Notes under the pieces: model-generated
What the model saw: the letters and a program-made list of their open reading frames with translations, nothing else
Database searches by the model: none
What the model was told of the DNA's origin: nothing
Source: a virus
Taxonomy: Duplodnaviria > Caudoviricetes
Direction: 5' to 3' (one strand)
Length of the DNA stretch: 60,420 nt
Virus record (IMG/VR): IMGVR_UViG_3300042549_004702
Span: 1 to 60,420 of that record
Shown here: positions 7,807 to 16,430 of the stretch, in pieces
Layout of the letters: each line of letters starts with the position of its first letter
Numbering within the stretch: the stretch's first letter is position 1
Position numbers and translations under genes: made by a program

Positions 7807-8052
7807 GTGAACGAAATTGATCTTTTGACAATCCGACAGGCCGCCGAGCTCAAGCGCGTCGCAATCAGCACTATCTATCACTGGTTGCGCTCTGGCCGTC
7901 TCACTCCCTACTCTCTGTCTACTGTGACTGGTAGCTATCGTGCCGTCAGTCGGGCAGAGGTCGAGCAGACGCAGATACTCAAGCGCGGCCGGCCTGCAAG
8001 AATATCGTCGATACCAGATCTGACACCAGATCTGACTATCGACCAGGTGTAG
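7807..8052 (+). CDS. Xis/MerR-like HTH DNA-binding protein
   Basis: LLTIRQAAELKRVAISTIYHWLRSGRL. Confidence 0.8.
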   Translation: MNEIDLLTIRQAAELKRVAISTIYHWLRSGRLTPYSLSTVTGSYRAVSRAEVEQTQILKRGRPARISSIPDLTPDLTIDQV

Positions 8053-8413
8053 GTGGACTGATCACCCGCAGGCGCGATCTAACGATCGCTTACCACCGAT
8101 TACCCGGTATGGCTCCGGGTCAGGTGGAGAGATACTTCCCACGCTCTCCACCTCCTACCAAGTTATTACGGGTTTCCGCTGCCTCTCCTGTCGGCGGAAT
8201 GTGGGGATGGGTCGCTATCGCATTGACGGCCCTTCCCCGCTGCGTTTTTTGAAGTTTTGCTCGTTGTTCTTTGTGCAAGGAAGGTCTTGATAGATTCGAA
8301 GCTGGGGCATCGAACGCAACTACTACCAAGGCCCGATCTGGAAATCAGCACCAAATCGTAGCGATCCTACGTCGAGCAAATAGCCGGTCAGTGGCAGAGA
8401 TTGACCGGCATCT

Positions 8414-8481
8414 GGGATGGATAGGTAGCGCAAAGGTCTGGCCCGATCTGACGCGCACGGGTTCGATTCCCGGCCATCCCC
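8414..8481 (+). ncRNA. tRNA-like RNA 1 (acceptor and T arm, no normal D or anticodon arm)
   Basis: GGGATGG/CCATCCC 7-bp stem; CGGG-TTCGATT-CCCG T arm. Confidence 0.55.
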
Positions 8482-8571
8482 TTACTGGCAGTCGTAGCCA
8501 GAGATCACGCGATCTGAAGCCACGGGGCATCGACACCGGTTCATGTTATTTTCTCCAATAGCTGGTTATTC

Positions 8572-8598
8572 GGGAGTGCCCGCGACTCCCACTTTTTT
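8572..8598 (+). terminator. Intrinsic terminator-like hairpin
   Basis: GGGAGT-GCCCGCG-ACTCCC followed by ACTTTTTT. Confidence 0.55.
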
Positions 8599-8683
8599 GT
8601 GGGCGTGGTCTAACTGGTCACGACGGTCAGAGGAAGCGCGCAAGTATCTCTGACAAACGCTGGTTCGAAGCCAGCCGCCTGCA
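8599..8683 (+). ncRNA. tRNA-like RNA 2 (cloverleaf with enlarged anticodon arm)
   Basis: GTGGGCG/CGCCTGC acceptor, GTC/GAC D arm with GG, GTCAGAG/CTCTGAC stem with 15-nt loop, GCTGG-TTCGAAG-CCAGC T arm. Confidence 0.65.
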
Positions 8684-8692
8684 TTGCTAGTG

Positions 8693-8864
8693 TGGTATAA
8701 TGTATCTGGCCGCTGGGGTGACGCTCAGTAGTAGCAGGCCGAAATGGGAAACTGGGATAACTACAACATCAATGAGCCTTTTGAGAAGGCGGGTCAGGCA
8801 ACCGATAGGCCGTCAACCTATCACCAGTTTCCCACCTGCCCGTTTTCTCAAAGGGCTTTTTGTT
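8693..8864 (+). promoter_or_regulatory. Extended -10 promoter and attenuator-like leader
   Basis: TGgTATAAT at 8693; long stem 8774-8793/8839-8858 followed by a T tract. Confidence 0.55.
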
Positions 8865-8923
8865 CGTCAATTCAGCTATAACAACAGAACGTAAATCACG
8901 AATCACAGAGGAGCACATTAACG

Positions 8924-10318
8924 ATGAACCAATTTGAGACAAGCGACTACACTGAGTTTCTATGGAAAAAAACTCAGCTTAACGACGGTGACGGATTTGA
9001 TCCGTTATGGATGCCTGAGTTTTTGTTCGACTTTCAATCTCACCTTGTAGACTGGGCTATCCGTCGCGGTCGTGCTGCGATCTTTGCCGATTGCGGTATG
9101 GGCAAGACACCGATGCAGTTAGTGTGGGCAGAGAATGTCCACAGGCACACAAACAAACCAGTGTTGATACTCACACCATTGGCCGTCTCGACTCAGACGG
9201 TGGAAGAGGCTCAGAAGTTCGGGATCGAAGCGAAGGTCAGCAGGGATGGATCAATCGACTCACCTATCATCGTCACCAATTACGAGCGGCTGCACCATTT
9301 CAATTCGTCAGACTTCGGCGGGGTTGTGTGCGACGAATCGAGCGCGATCAAGTCGTTTAATGGTAGTACCCGGATAGCTGTTACCGAATTTATGCGCAAG
9401 CATCGTTACCGACTTCTGTGCACGGCCACGGCTGCCCCTAATGACTATATCGAACTGGGCACCTCAAGCGAAGCTCTCGGCGAAATGGGAGCGCGGGATA
9501 TGCTGTCACAATTTTTCAAGAACGATCAGAATACGGGCGCGGCTGATGCTGGTCGAAGAGCCTGGTCAGGTCATGGAGCTACGATAAAATGGAGATTCAA
9601 AGGTCACGCTGAGGTTCCATTCTGGCGGTGGGTGTCATCCTGGGCGAGGGCAATCCGCAAGCCATCGGACTTCGGATTCAATGATGATCGATTCAAGTTG
9701 CCAAAACTGACAGAGTCTGAGCATTTGGTAAAAGCCGCCACACTTCCCGATGGATGTTTGTTCGAGATGACCGCTCAAGGGTTGACAATGATCAGAGAAG
9801 AGCAGCGACGTACGATTAACGAGCGTTGTGAAAAACTAGCAGAGCTTTGCCAGACTGATCAGCCTGTTGTCGTCTGGTGCAATCTCAACGATGAGGGCTC
9901 GTTGCTGTCAAAGCTATTGCCTGACTTTGTTGAGGTGTCTGGCAGTAGCTCTCCGGAGTTTAAGGAAGAAGCGTTTAACGGATTCCGTCACGGGCAACTT
10001 CGCGGACTGATCACGAAGAGCAAGATTGGCGCGTGGGGTATGAACTGGCAACACTGCGCGCATACAGTTCTTTTTCCGTCTTACTCATATGAGCAGTATT
10101 ACCAGCTGGTTAGACGTTTCTGGCGATTTGGTCAGGAGCGTAACGTTCAGGTCGATATAGTAACGACAGAAAGTGGTCACGACATTATGGAAGCCTTGAA
10201 ACGCAAGGCTGATCAAACTGACCGAATGTTTTCCTCACTGGTTGAGCATATGAACCAGTCACGGAAGATGACAATAACAACGAAATCAACAAATATGGAG
10301 TTACCAACATGGCTGTAA
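8924..10318 (+). CDS. SNF2-like SF2 helicase
   Basis: ADCGMGKT, CDES, TATAAPN, QLVRRFWRFGQ. Confidence 0.9.
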   Translation: MNQFETSDYTEFLWKKTQLNDGDGFDPLWMPEFLFDFQSHLVDWAIRRGRAAIFADCGMGKTPMQLVWAENVHRHTNKPVLILTPLAVSTQTVEEAQKFGIEAKVSRDGSIDSPIIVTNYERLHHFNSSDFGGVVCDESSAIKSFNGSTRIAVTEFMRKHRYRLLCTATAAPNDYIELGTSSEALGEMGARDMLSQFFKNDQNTGAADAGRRAWSGHGATIKWRFKGHAEVPFWRWVSSWARAIRKPSDFGFNDDRFKLPKLTESEHLVKAATLPDGCLFEMTAQGLTMIREEQRRTINERCEKLAELCQTDQPVVVWCNLNDEGSLLSKLLPDFVEVSGSSSPEFKEEAFNGFRHGQLRGLITKSKIGAWGMNWQHCAHTVLFPSYSYEQYYQLVRRFWRFGQERNVQVDIVTTESGHDIMEALKRKADQTDRMFSSLVEHMNQSRKMTITTKSTNMELPTWL

Positions 10319-11265
10319 GCAATCAGGTTATCACTAATGATTATGCGATTTATAACGGCGACTGCATCGAAGTGATGCGAGCTATGCCAGCTCAGTCTAT
10401 ACACCTTTCAGTATACTCACCGCCATTTGGCGGTCTATACAACTATTCAAGCAACGAGCGCGACCTCAGCAATTGCATTTCGTATGATCAGTTTTTTGAG
10501 CATTACGATTTTGTAGTCAAAGAACTTCATCGGATTACCTTGCCAGGTAGAATGACGGCTGTTCATTGCACTGATATCACATCTGGTAATACTGGGTGCG
10601 ATTCGTATTACGACTTTTCAGGCGACATCATCCGCCAGCATCAACGGCTTGGATTTGATTACGTTGCGCGTTATTGCGTATGGAAGGAACCACTGGCCGT
10701 GCGTAATCGCACAATGATGAAATCGCTGGCTCACAAGTCGATCGTTGAGGATTCGTCAAGATGCAGCAATGCAATGGCGGATTACCTTCTGATCTTTCGT
10801 CGTCGTGGTGAGAACAAGATACCGATTGCTCACCCTAATGGATTGTTTGAGTACTACGGCGAGCGGTCAATGCCTGCGGATCTTTTGCCCTATCGAGGTT
10901 GGAAGGGTAACCAGATCGAGAACAAATACTCTCACTGGATCTGGCGTCAGTATGCGTCAGCCTTTTGGGATGACGTTAGGGTTGATCGCGTTTTGCCGTA
11001 TAGGGAAGCGCGCGGTGAGGATGACGAGAAACACGTTCACCCGTTACAGCTTGATGTAATCGACCGGTGCTTGACCTTGTGGTCAAATCCGAATGAAACA
11101 GTATTCACGCCGTTTATGGGCGTAGGCAGTGAGGTATACGCTTCAGTTGTTCAGGGTAGGCGAGGTATTGGTGCGGAGCTGAAAGAGACGTACTTTAATC
11201 AGGCAGTCAGAAATCTGGAAGACGCTTTAACCAAAAAGCCAAACCAGACACAGCTTTTCGAGTAG
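10309..11265 (+). CDS. DNA amino-methyltransferase (beta class, probably N4-C)
   Basis: SPPF catalytic motif precedes the PFMGVGS SAM-binding motif. Confidence 0.88.
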   Translation: MAVSNQVITNDYAIYNGDCIEVMRAMPAQSIHLSVYSPPFGGLYNYSSNERDLSNCISYDQFFEHYDFVVKELHRITLPGRMTAVHCTDITSGNTGCDSYYDFSGDIIRQHQRLGFDYVARYCVWKEPLAVRNRTMMKSLAHKSIVEDSSRCSNAMADYLLIFRRRGENKIPIAHPNGLFEYYGERSMPADLLPYRGWKGNQIENKYSHWIWRQYASAFWDDVRVDRVLPYREARGEDDEKHVHPLQLDVIDRCLTLWSNPNETVFTPFMGVGSEVYASVVQGRRGIGAELKETYFNQAVRNLEDALTKKPNQTQLFE

Positions 11266-11344
11266 GTATTCATAACAGGTATATGACGAGCTGAACACCT
11301 TGTCATATACCTGTTTCTCAAAGGGCTTTTTGTTTGGAGATGCA

Positions 11345-11662
11345 ATGATGAAATTGACAGAAATTGATCCTCTGATGATAGCGCGTCCGACTGTTGCGGT
11401 AGTAGATGGCAATTTGAATCAAGCATATCTTCTTAGTCAATTAATTTGGACGGTAAACGATCGTTCAGAAGATGCTGAATGGCATAATTTTGACGCTGAA
11501 GACTTTGCCAATCAAATCGGGATGTCTTATGAGTGGCTTCGTTCTCAGGCACAAGATTTAGCCAGGTATGTGTTTTTTGGTTGGCGTACTTGGAATAGGC
11601 CACGACCGATAATTCAGTTTAATTTGCACTTATTCTATCAGTCCCTTGAGGAGAGCAAATGA
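11345..11662 (+). CDS. Initiator-like N-terminal wHTH protein
   Basis: Similar to the N-terminus of the next gene (MKLT..., LLSQLIW versus MLSQAVYW). Confidence 0.55.
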   Translation: MMKLTEIDPLMIARPTVAVVDGNLNQAYLLSQLIWTVNDRSEDAEWHNFDAEDFANQIGMSYEWLRSQAQDLARYVFFGWRTWNRPRPIIQFNLHLFYQSLEESK

Positions 11663-12534
11663 AGCTAACCAAGATCCTTAGCAGTCCGATTGCTTTTCAT
11701 CGATGCCTTGCAGAGTTGGCCGGGTCGGTGACATCTGGCTTGATGCTCAGTCAGGCCGTGTATTGGATGGGAAAGACCAAAGATCCGGATGGATGGTTCT
11801 GGAAGACTCAGGACGACTGGTTGGAAGAGACGATGCTCAGTCGAAAAGAGCAGGAATCTGCTCGTCGTCGGCTGAGAGAGATCACTTTTGAGGGGGAATC
11901 TTTGTGGTGTGAGCAGCTGCGTGGCGTACCGGCAAAGCTTTATTATCGAGTCGATATGGACATACTAGAACGCCTCTTAACGGCAGACCAGTATGCCCAA
12001 AAGGAGCAATCCAGTATGCCCAAAAGGGGCATACTAGAAAGCCCAAAAGGGGCATACAAGAACGCCCAAAAGGGGCATACATTCTTATTAGCAGAGACTA
12101 CTACAGAGACTACATCAGAGAGTACGGCAGAGAGTACGACAGAAACCACGGAACCGGCGCGCGCGCCGAGACCTCTTCACGTAGTCGAGAGTGCAGACAT
12201 TGACAGCTTAGGCGACGCATTCGACGAAGCCTACCCTGGCATGTTCAATCAGTGGGGAAAGCTGAAAGACATGCGTGAGCTTGTCAAACGCCTGAATGCG
12301 AATGCATCGCACGTACGAGAGTTTCCATCATGGCTCAAAAGAGCCTACCCCCTAAAAGCGAACAATCACTTTGCGTTCATGGATCTCTTCCCCGAGTTCG
12401 TGAAGCAGTCACCAAAGAAAGCGACTAAGCCTGTCTCCACTTGCGGCAAGTGTGATGCCGGGTACGTCGTCAACGATCAGGGGCTTGCGGCTAAATGCCC
12501 TTGCCAGTCACCACGTCAGGCCAAAGCAGTCTGA
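11659..12534 (+). CDS. Phage replication initiator (lambda O-like)
   Basis: LSQAVYW...WFWKTQDDWLEET wHTH; internal iterons; directly upstream of dnaB. Confidence 0.85.
   Translation: MKLTKILSSPIAFHRCLAELAGSVTSGLMLSQAVYWMGKTKDPDGWFWKTQDDWLEETMLSRKEQESARRRLREITFEGESLWCEQLRGVPAKLYYRVDMDILERLLTADQYAQKEQSSMPKRGILESPKGAYKNAQKGHTFLLAETTTETTSESTAESTTETTEPARAPRPLHVVESADIDSLGDAFDEAYPGMFNQWGKLKDMRELVKRLNANASHVREFPSWLKRAYPLKANNHFAFMDLFPEFVKQSPKKATKPVSTCGKCDAGYVVNDQGLAAKCPCQSPRQAKAV
11991..12080. repeat. Four 23-bp-period iterons, probable replication origin
   Basis: GCCCAAAAGG(G/A)GCA at 11995, 12018, 12041, 12064 inside the initiator gene. Confidence 0.85.
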
Positions 12535-12567
12535 CACGGTAAAATATAACCACTACGAGGAATAACG

Positions 12568-13929
12568 ATGAACGACGACGAACTAATCCAAACACCACGC
12601 GATAACTCAGCAGAGCGTCTCATCCTGGGATGCTTGCTCTTTAATGGCGACCTCGCTTCAGAGCTTGTCAGCGATCTTTCATCCGACGACTTTTTCCACC
12701 CGACTCACAAGCAGATATGGCGCGCTATCCGTCATCTCGAATCACAGCGTCAGACTATCGACTTGCTCACTGTTCCCCGCACTATCCAGTCATTCAACGA
12801 AGCTGCAGATATCGCTTACATCTGCGCTCTCGTTGACAGCATTCCCCGATACTCCCGCGCTTCTTACCTCTCAACTCACGTCAAGCTGGTCAAGTCAGCG
12901 GCTGCACGTCGCGATCTGCTCAAGGTCAGCTCGTGGATGATGGCCAATGCAAACGCCAACGACACCACTATCGACGACTTGCTTGCCGAGTCGATCCGCA
13001 AGCTGCAGTCAATCGAGCTGCTGAGCGAAACGAAGGATGAGCTGATCCACTCGTCAGACGCAGTGACGCGCACGTTTCAGGATCTCGAGGAACGATGGGC
13101 GCGTGGCGATAAGATGCTCGGACTATCGACAGGACTAAGCCAGCTTGATGACGTCACCGGCGGATTGCGTGGCGGTCGCTACTACGTCATCGCAGCCGGC
13201 ACGGGAATGGGTAAGACCACACTGGCCTTGAACTTCGTCAACTCGATTATGACTCACCGTCGCGCCGAGAATGCGCGATGTGCCGGACTTGTCATATCCC
13301 TCGAGATGTCCGTTCCTGAACTTACTGTCAAGATGCTTGGCATCAATACGCGCATCGACACCTGGCGGATTGAGACTGGACGACTCGACAACGATGAGCG
13401 ACGCAAGCTCATCATTGCCGGTGACGTGCTCTCAGGTCTGGACATCGAATACTGCGAGGGCTTCTCACAGGTCACGCCTGCCAGCCTTCAGTCGATGGTT
13501 GAGCGCGTTAAAACCCGTCGCGGCCAGATCGACTTTCTCGTTATCGACTACCTCCAGCTTGTGGACAGCAACGGCAAGAACCGCAACGAGAGCGAGCACC
13601 AGAAGATCAGCGAAGTCAGCCGCGAGCTGAAGCGGATTGCGATCAGATACAATATCCCTGTAATTGCTCTCAGCCAGCTCAACCGCAAGTCCGCCGATCG
13701 AACGACGCGCGACTACCAGCTATCCGACCTTCGCGGATCCGGATCAATCGAGCAGGACGCCGACTGCGTGTTCTTCCTCCAGCCGGACGACTGGAACGAT
13801 GAAACGAACATGAAGCGCAAATTCCGAATTGCCAAGCATCGCGCCGGCAAAAAGGACGTCACCGTAGAGCTTATGTTTTTCCCGGCACATTCGCGATTCG
13901 CACAGTTCGCGGATGTCAACGAGTACTAA
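12568..13929 (+). CDS. dnaB: Replicative helicase
   Basis: AGTGMGKT, SLEM, IDYLQL, LSQLNR, DLRGSGSIEQDAD, KHR. Confidence 0.96.
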   Translation: MNDDELIQTPRDNSAERLILGCLLFNGDLASELVSDLSSDDFFHPTHKQIWRAIRHLESQRQTIDLLTVPRTIQSFNEAADIAYICALVDSIPRYSRASYLSTHVKLVKSAAARRDLLKVSSWMMANANANDTTIDDLLAESIRKLQSIELLSETKDELIHSSDAVTRTFQDLEERWARGDKMLGLSTGLSQLDDVTGGLRGGRYYVIAAGTGMGKTTLALNFVNSIMTHRRAENARCAGLVISLEMSVPELTVKMLGINTRIDTWRIETGRLDNDERRKLIIAGDVLSGLDIEYCEGFSQVTPASLQSMVERVKTRRGQIDFLVIDYLQLVDSNGKNRNESEHQKISEVSRELKRIAIRYNIPVIALSQLNRKSADRTTRDYQLSDLRGSGSIEQDADCVFFLQPDDWNDETNMKRKFRIAKHRAGKKDVTVELMFFPAHSRFAQFADVNEY

Positions 13930-13959
13930 CCACACCATCACAGAAAGGGACTATCGCAA

Positions 13960-14202
13960 ATGCGAAACCATCACCGCCAGTACACGGCCATCCTCGAGGA
14001 TAGCCATCAGACGCTCGACTTGCTGAAGAAGACAATTCAGATCGACATCGAGAAGTGCGCACACACTGATCCGCCAATGGCCGATCAGCTTGTGCTTCTC
14101 AAATTGACCATTGCTAGATTTCAGCGTGACATGTTGCACCAGATTGCCCTACAACGAGACGAAGCGTTCAAGGTAGGGCAAAGTATAGGGGGTGCAGCTT
14201 GA
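13960..14202 (+). CDS. Hypothetical protein
   Basis: RBS present; coupled to the next gene. Confidence 0.6.
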   Translation: MRNHHRQYTAILEDSHQTLDLLKKTIQIDIEKCAHTDPPMADQLVLLKLTIARFQRDMLHQIALQRDEAFKVGQSIGGAA

Positions 14203-14564
14203 AGGGCCTTAGAAGCCTTCCTGTGGCTCGTGGGCGCACCGTCAGACGCCAGTCAGGACAGATGAACCTGACCGAAGCGCGCTACGAAGCCGAAATGCTC
14301 AGACCGCGACTGATGGCTGGCGACTACTGCGCCATCTGGTTTGAGCGATTCACTTTTCGCGTCGCCGATGATTGCCGGTACACACCCGACTTTGTCGTGC
14401 AGCTGGCGAATGGCGAACTCGAGGTGCACGAGGTCAAAGGATTCTGGGAAGATGACGCACTGGTCAAAATCAAGGTCGCTGCCGACCTCTTCCCTTTTCG
14501 ATTTGTCGCAGTACAAGCCATCCCGAAGAAAAGCGGCGGTGGCTGGAAGGAGCGTGAATTTTGA
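14199..14564 (+). CDS. PD-(D/E)XK endonuclease (DUF1064-like)
   Basis: YTPDF...HEVKG. Confidence 0.8.
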   Translation: MKGLRSLPVARGRTVRRQSGQMNLTEARYEAEMLRPRLMAGDYCAIWFERFTFRVADDCRYTPDFVVQLANGELEVHEVKGFWEDDALVKIKVAADLFPFRFVAVQAIPKKSGGGWKEREF

Positions 14565-14755
14565 GATTTGCCGAAATACTACAGGGCATCTTTTTTCTGA
14601 CTATCAGCTTGTTGATTCTGATGGTCGTATCGTTTCGACTAAACTATGTGTCGTGGGAAGAGCTTCAGCTTCCCGTTATCGCGGTGACAGTAGTGGCACT
14701 GGTCGCGGGTGCGGTCGCTGCTATCTCAGACGCAATCACCGGACGGCGCAATTAA
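14561..14755 (+). CDS. Small two-TM protein
   Basis: Two hydrophobic helices; TTGA overlap. Confidence 0.55.
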   Translation: MRFAEILQGIFFLTISLLILMVVSFRLNYVSWEELQLPVIAVTVVALVAGAVAAISDAITGRRN

Positions 14756-14782
14756 CCACACAGCACGAAAGGGATAATCACA

Positions 14783-15613
14783 ATGGGACTTTTTGACCTA
14801 AACAAACTTCTCGACAAGGACGACAAGACCAGAGGCGAATCGTTGATGGAAGAGGCGCGATCCTTCGATCTTGCCGGCACTGGCGGCTTCCTGGCAATCG
14901 TCAAGTATTTGATCTTCGCGATTCTGGCCAGTCTCAACTTTCATCTGTTCTACTCGCACGTGCCTGGCATCTGGGGAGTAGCACTCGGGTCTGTCGCGCT
15001 TCTCTTTGAGGCGTGCTGCGTCTACTTCTGGAACAAACAGAACAAGAGCGCAGGTGCGCACAAGATTGCGCTGCAGTCATTCGCGGTGCTGTTCACGACG
15101 ATCAGCTTCGTTCACGGATGCGCGGCACTCTACCAGATCAGCGGCGTCGGGCCGACGCTCGAGAACACGATCTACAACTATTCCAAGTACGTTGCCTTCC
15201 CGCTTCTCTTTGGCCTGATGGTTCTTGCCGTTTGCGTTCTCCACGCTTTCCACTGGTCAACGGCGATCAGCGAATCACGCGCGGATTCTCTTCTCGCGGC
15301 TGAACGTGGACGTGCCCAACTTGTGACTCAGGCTTTGGAGCTTGAGCACCAGTCGGAAATCGAGAATTCGCGGTTGGCCTACTTTGAGCACAAGTCCGTG
15401 CTCGAGGAAAAACTCGTGGGCGCAATGGAGAATTACATCCAGATCAAAGAGCGGTCACGACGTGCAATGGACTCTGTGAGCGATCCAGAGCTTCGTCAGT
15501 CGCTCCTGAATGCGATGGGCAGGACTAGCACGTCCGCACCTACCCAGCGACGAATCAACCCGCTTCCGGCGGCGGCACAGGCGTCAGACCCAAAAGACAA
15601 TCCCCCGAGTTAG
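14783..15613 (+). CDS. Four-TM membrane protein with C-terminal coiled coil
   Basis: Hydrophobic segments in aa 30-160, then a charged helical tail. Confidence 0.75.
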   Translation: MGLFDLNKLLDKDDKTRGESLMEEARSFDLAGTGGFLAIVKYLIFAILASLNFHLFYSHVPGIWGVALGSVALLFEACCVYFWNKQNKSAGAHKIALQSFAVLFTTISFVHGCAALYQISGVGPTLENTIYNYSKYVAFPLLFGLMVLAVCVLHAFHWSTAISESRADSLLAAERGRAQLVTQALELEHQSEIENSRLAYFEHKSVLEEKLVGAMENYIQIKERSRRAMDSVSDPELRQSLLNAMGRTSTSAPTQRRINPLPAAAQASDPKDNPPS

Positions 15614-15630
15614 ATCGGGGGGATGCCGAG

Positions 15631-16218
15631 ATGGTGCGCGTGATTCGCGATCAGGATATCGACGATCCGACCATCGAAGAATACGTGCACTTCCCAACGC
15701 CCGGACGCCTCGCGCCGTCTGTGCCAGTAGTGGCACAAGATCAGTCACAACCAGTGGCACAGTCAGTGGCACAAGCTCAGAATATCGAGTCTGTGCCCGT
15801 GACTGACTCGGTGGCACAAGGCCAAAATTCCGACCGTGTGACCAGCCCGTCACCGGTGGCACAATCGCCAATAATGCCGCCTGTGCCCGTGACACAACCA
15901 GTGGCACAGATACGTGTGTCACTAGTGGCACAACGGCCAAATCGGAGGTCATGTGCCACTAGTGGCACATTGGCGTTAAGGTCTGCTAAAATCAACAACT
16001 TACCGAAAGGCAAGTCTCACACTGTGCCACCACCAAAAATAGCGGGGCACGAGTGGCGACAAGCCGGTGCGGGATGGTCACTCTGGCGACGTGTGCCCAC
16101 AATTTCGGCGACAGGCAAGCGCACTTCTGAGCGCAAATATGTGCGATACATTACTCAGTCTGCAATCGAAAGGATCTACAATCGGAATGGAAAATCGAAA
16201 CCACAAACCAAGTCTTGA
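15631..16218 (+). CDS. Hypothetical protein with VAQ repeats and a basic C-terminal domain
   Basis: RBS present; the repeats coincide with a DNA 8-mer cluster. Confidence 0.6.
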   Translation: MVRVIRDQDIDDPTIEEYVHFPTPGRLAPSVPVVAQDQSQPVAQSVAQAQNIESVPVTDSVAQGQNSDRVTSPSPVAQSPIMPPVPVTQPVAQIRVSLVAQRPNRRSCATSGTLALRSAKINNLPKGKSHTVPPPKIAGHEWRQAGAGWSLWRRVPTISATGKRTSERKYVRYITQSAIERIYNRNGKSKPQTKS

Positions 16219-16412
16219 GGAGGTGCAAAGTTGGCCTGTGCCACTTCAGCAGCTCGAACTTGCAATGCTCTGTGACTCGCCCGTGCCACTAGTGGCACAG
16301 CAGGCACAAGATCACCTATTCGTGGAAATCTCCATCGACACACCACAGCTCATATGCCAATTATGGGAGGAACAAGAGAGAGCTCAGGCCGTCATTTGAC
16401 GGCCCGTGCCAC
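15720..16412. repeat. GTGGCACA/TGTGCCAC cluster with 18-bp palindromes
   Basis: 9 forward and 3 reverse exact copies; perfect TGTGCCACTAGTGGCACA at 15952-15969. Confidence 0.85.
16187..16399 (+). CDS. Hypothetical protein
   Basis: ATG in the 16067 frame; fills the gap in the operon. Confidence 0.4.
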   Translation: MENRNHKPSLEEVQSWPVPLQQLELAMLCDSPVPLVAQQAQDHLFVEISIDTPQLICQLWEEQERAQAVI

Positions 16413-16430
16413 AACAAAAGGACAATCACT

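Noticed and set aside
8201-8244. GTGGGGATGGGTCG...CTTCCCCGC as halves of a type I-E repeat
   Set aside because: The halves are in reversed order and simply pair with each other as a terminator-like stem
8414-8683. Functional decoding tRNA genes
   Set aside because: No 7-nt anticodon loop can be drawn in either element
15766-15908. 45-bp periodic GTGGCACA as a mini CRISPR array
   Set aside because: The repeat is only 8 bp and lies in frame within a CDS; kept only as a binding-site cluster
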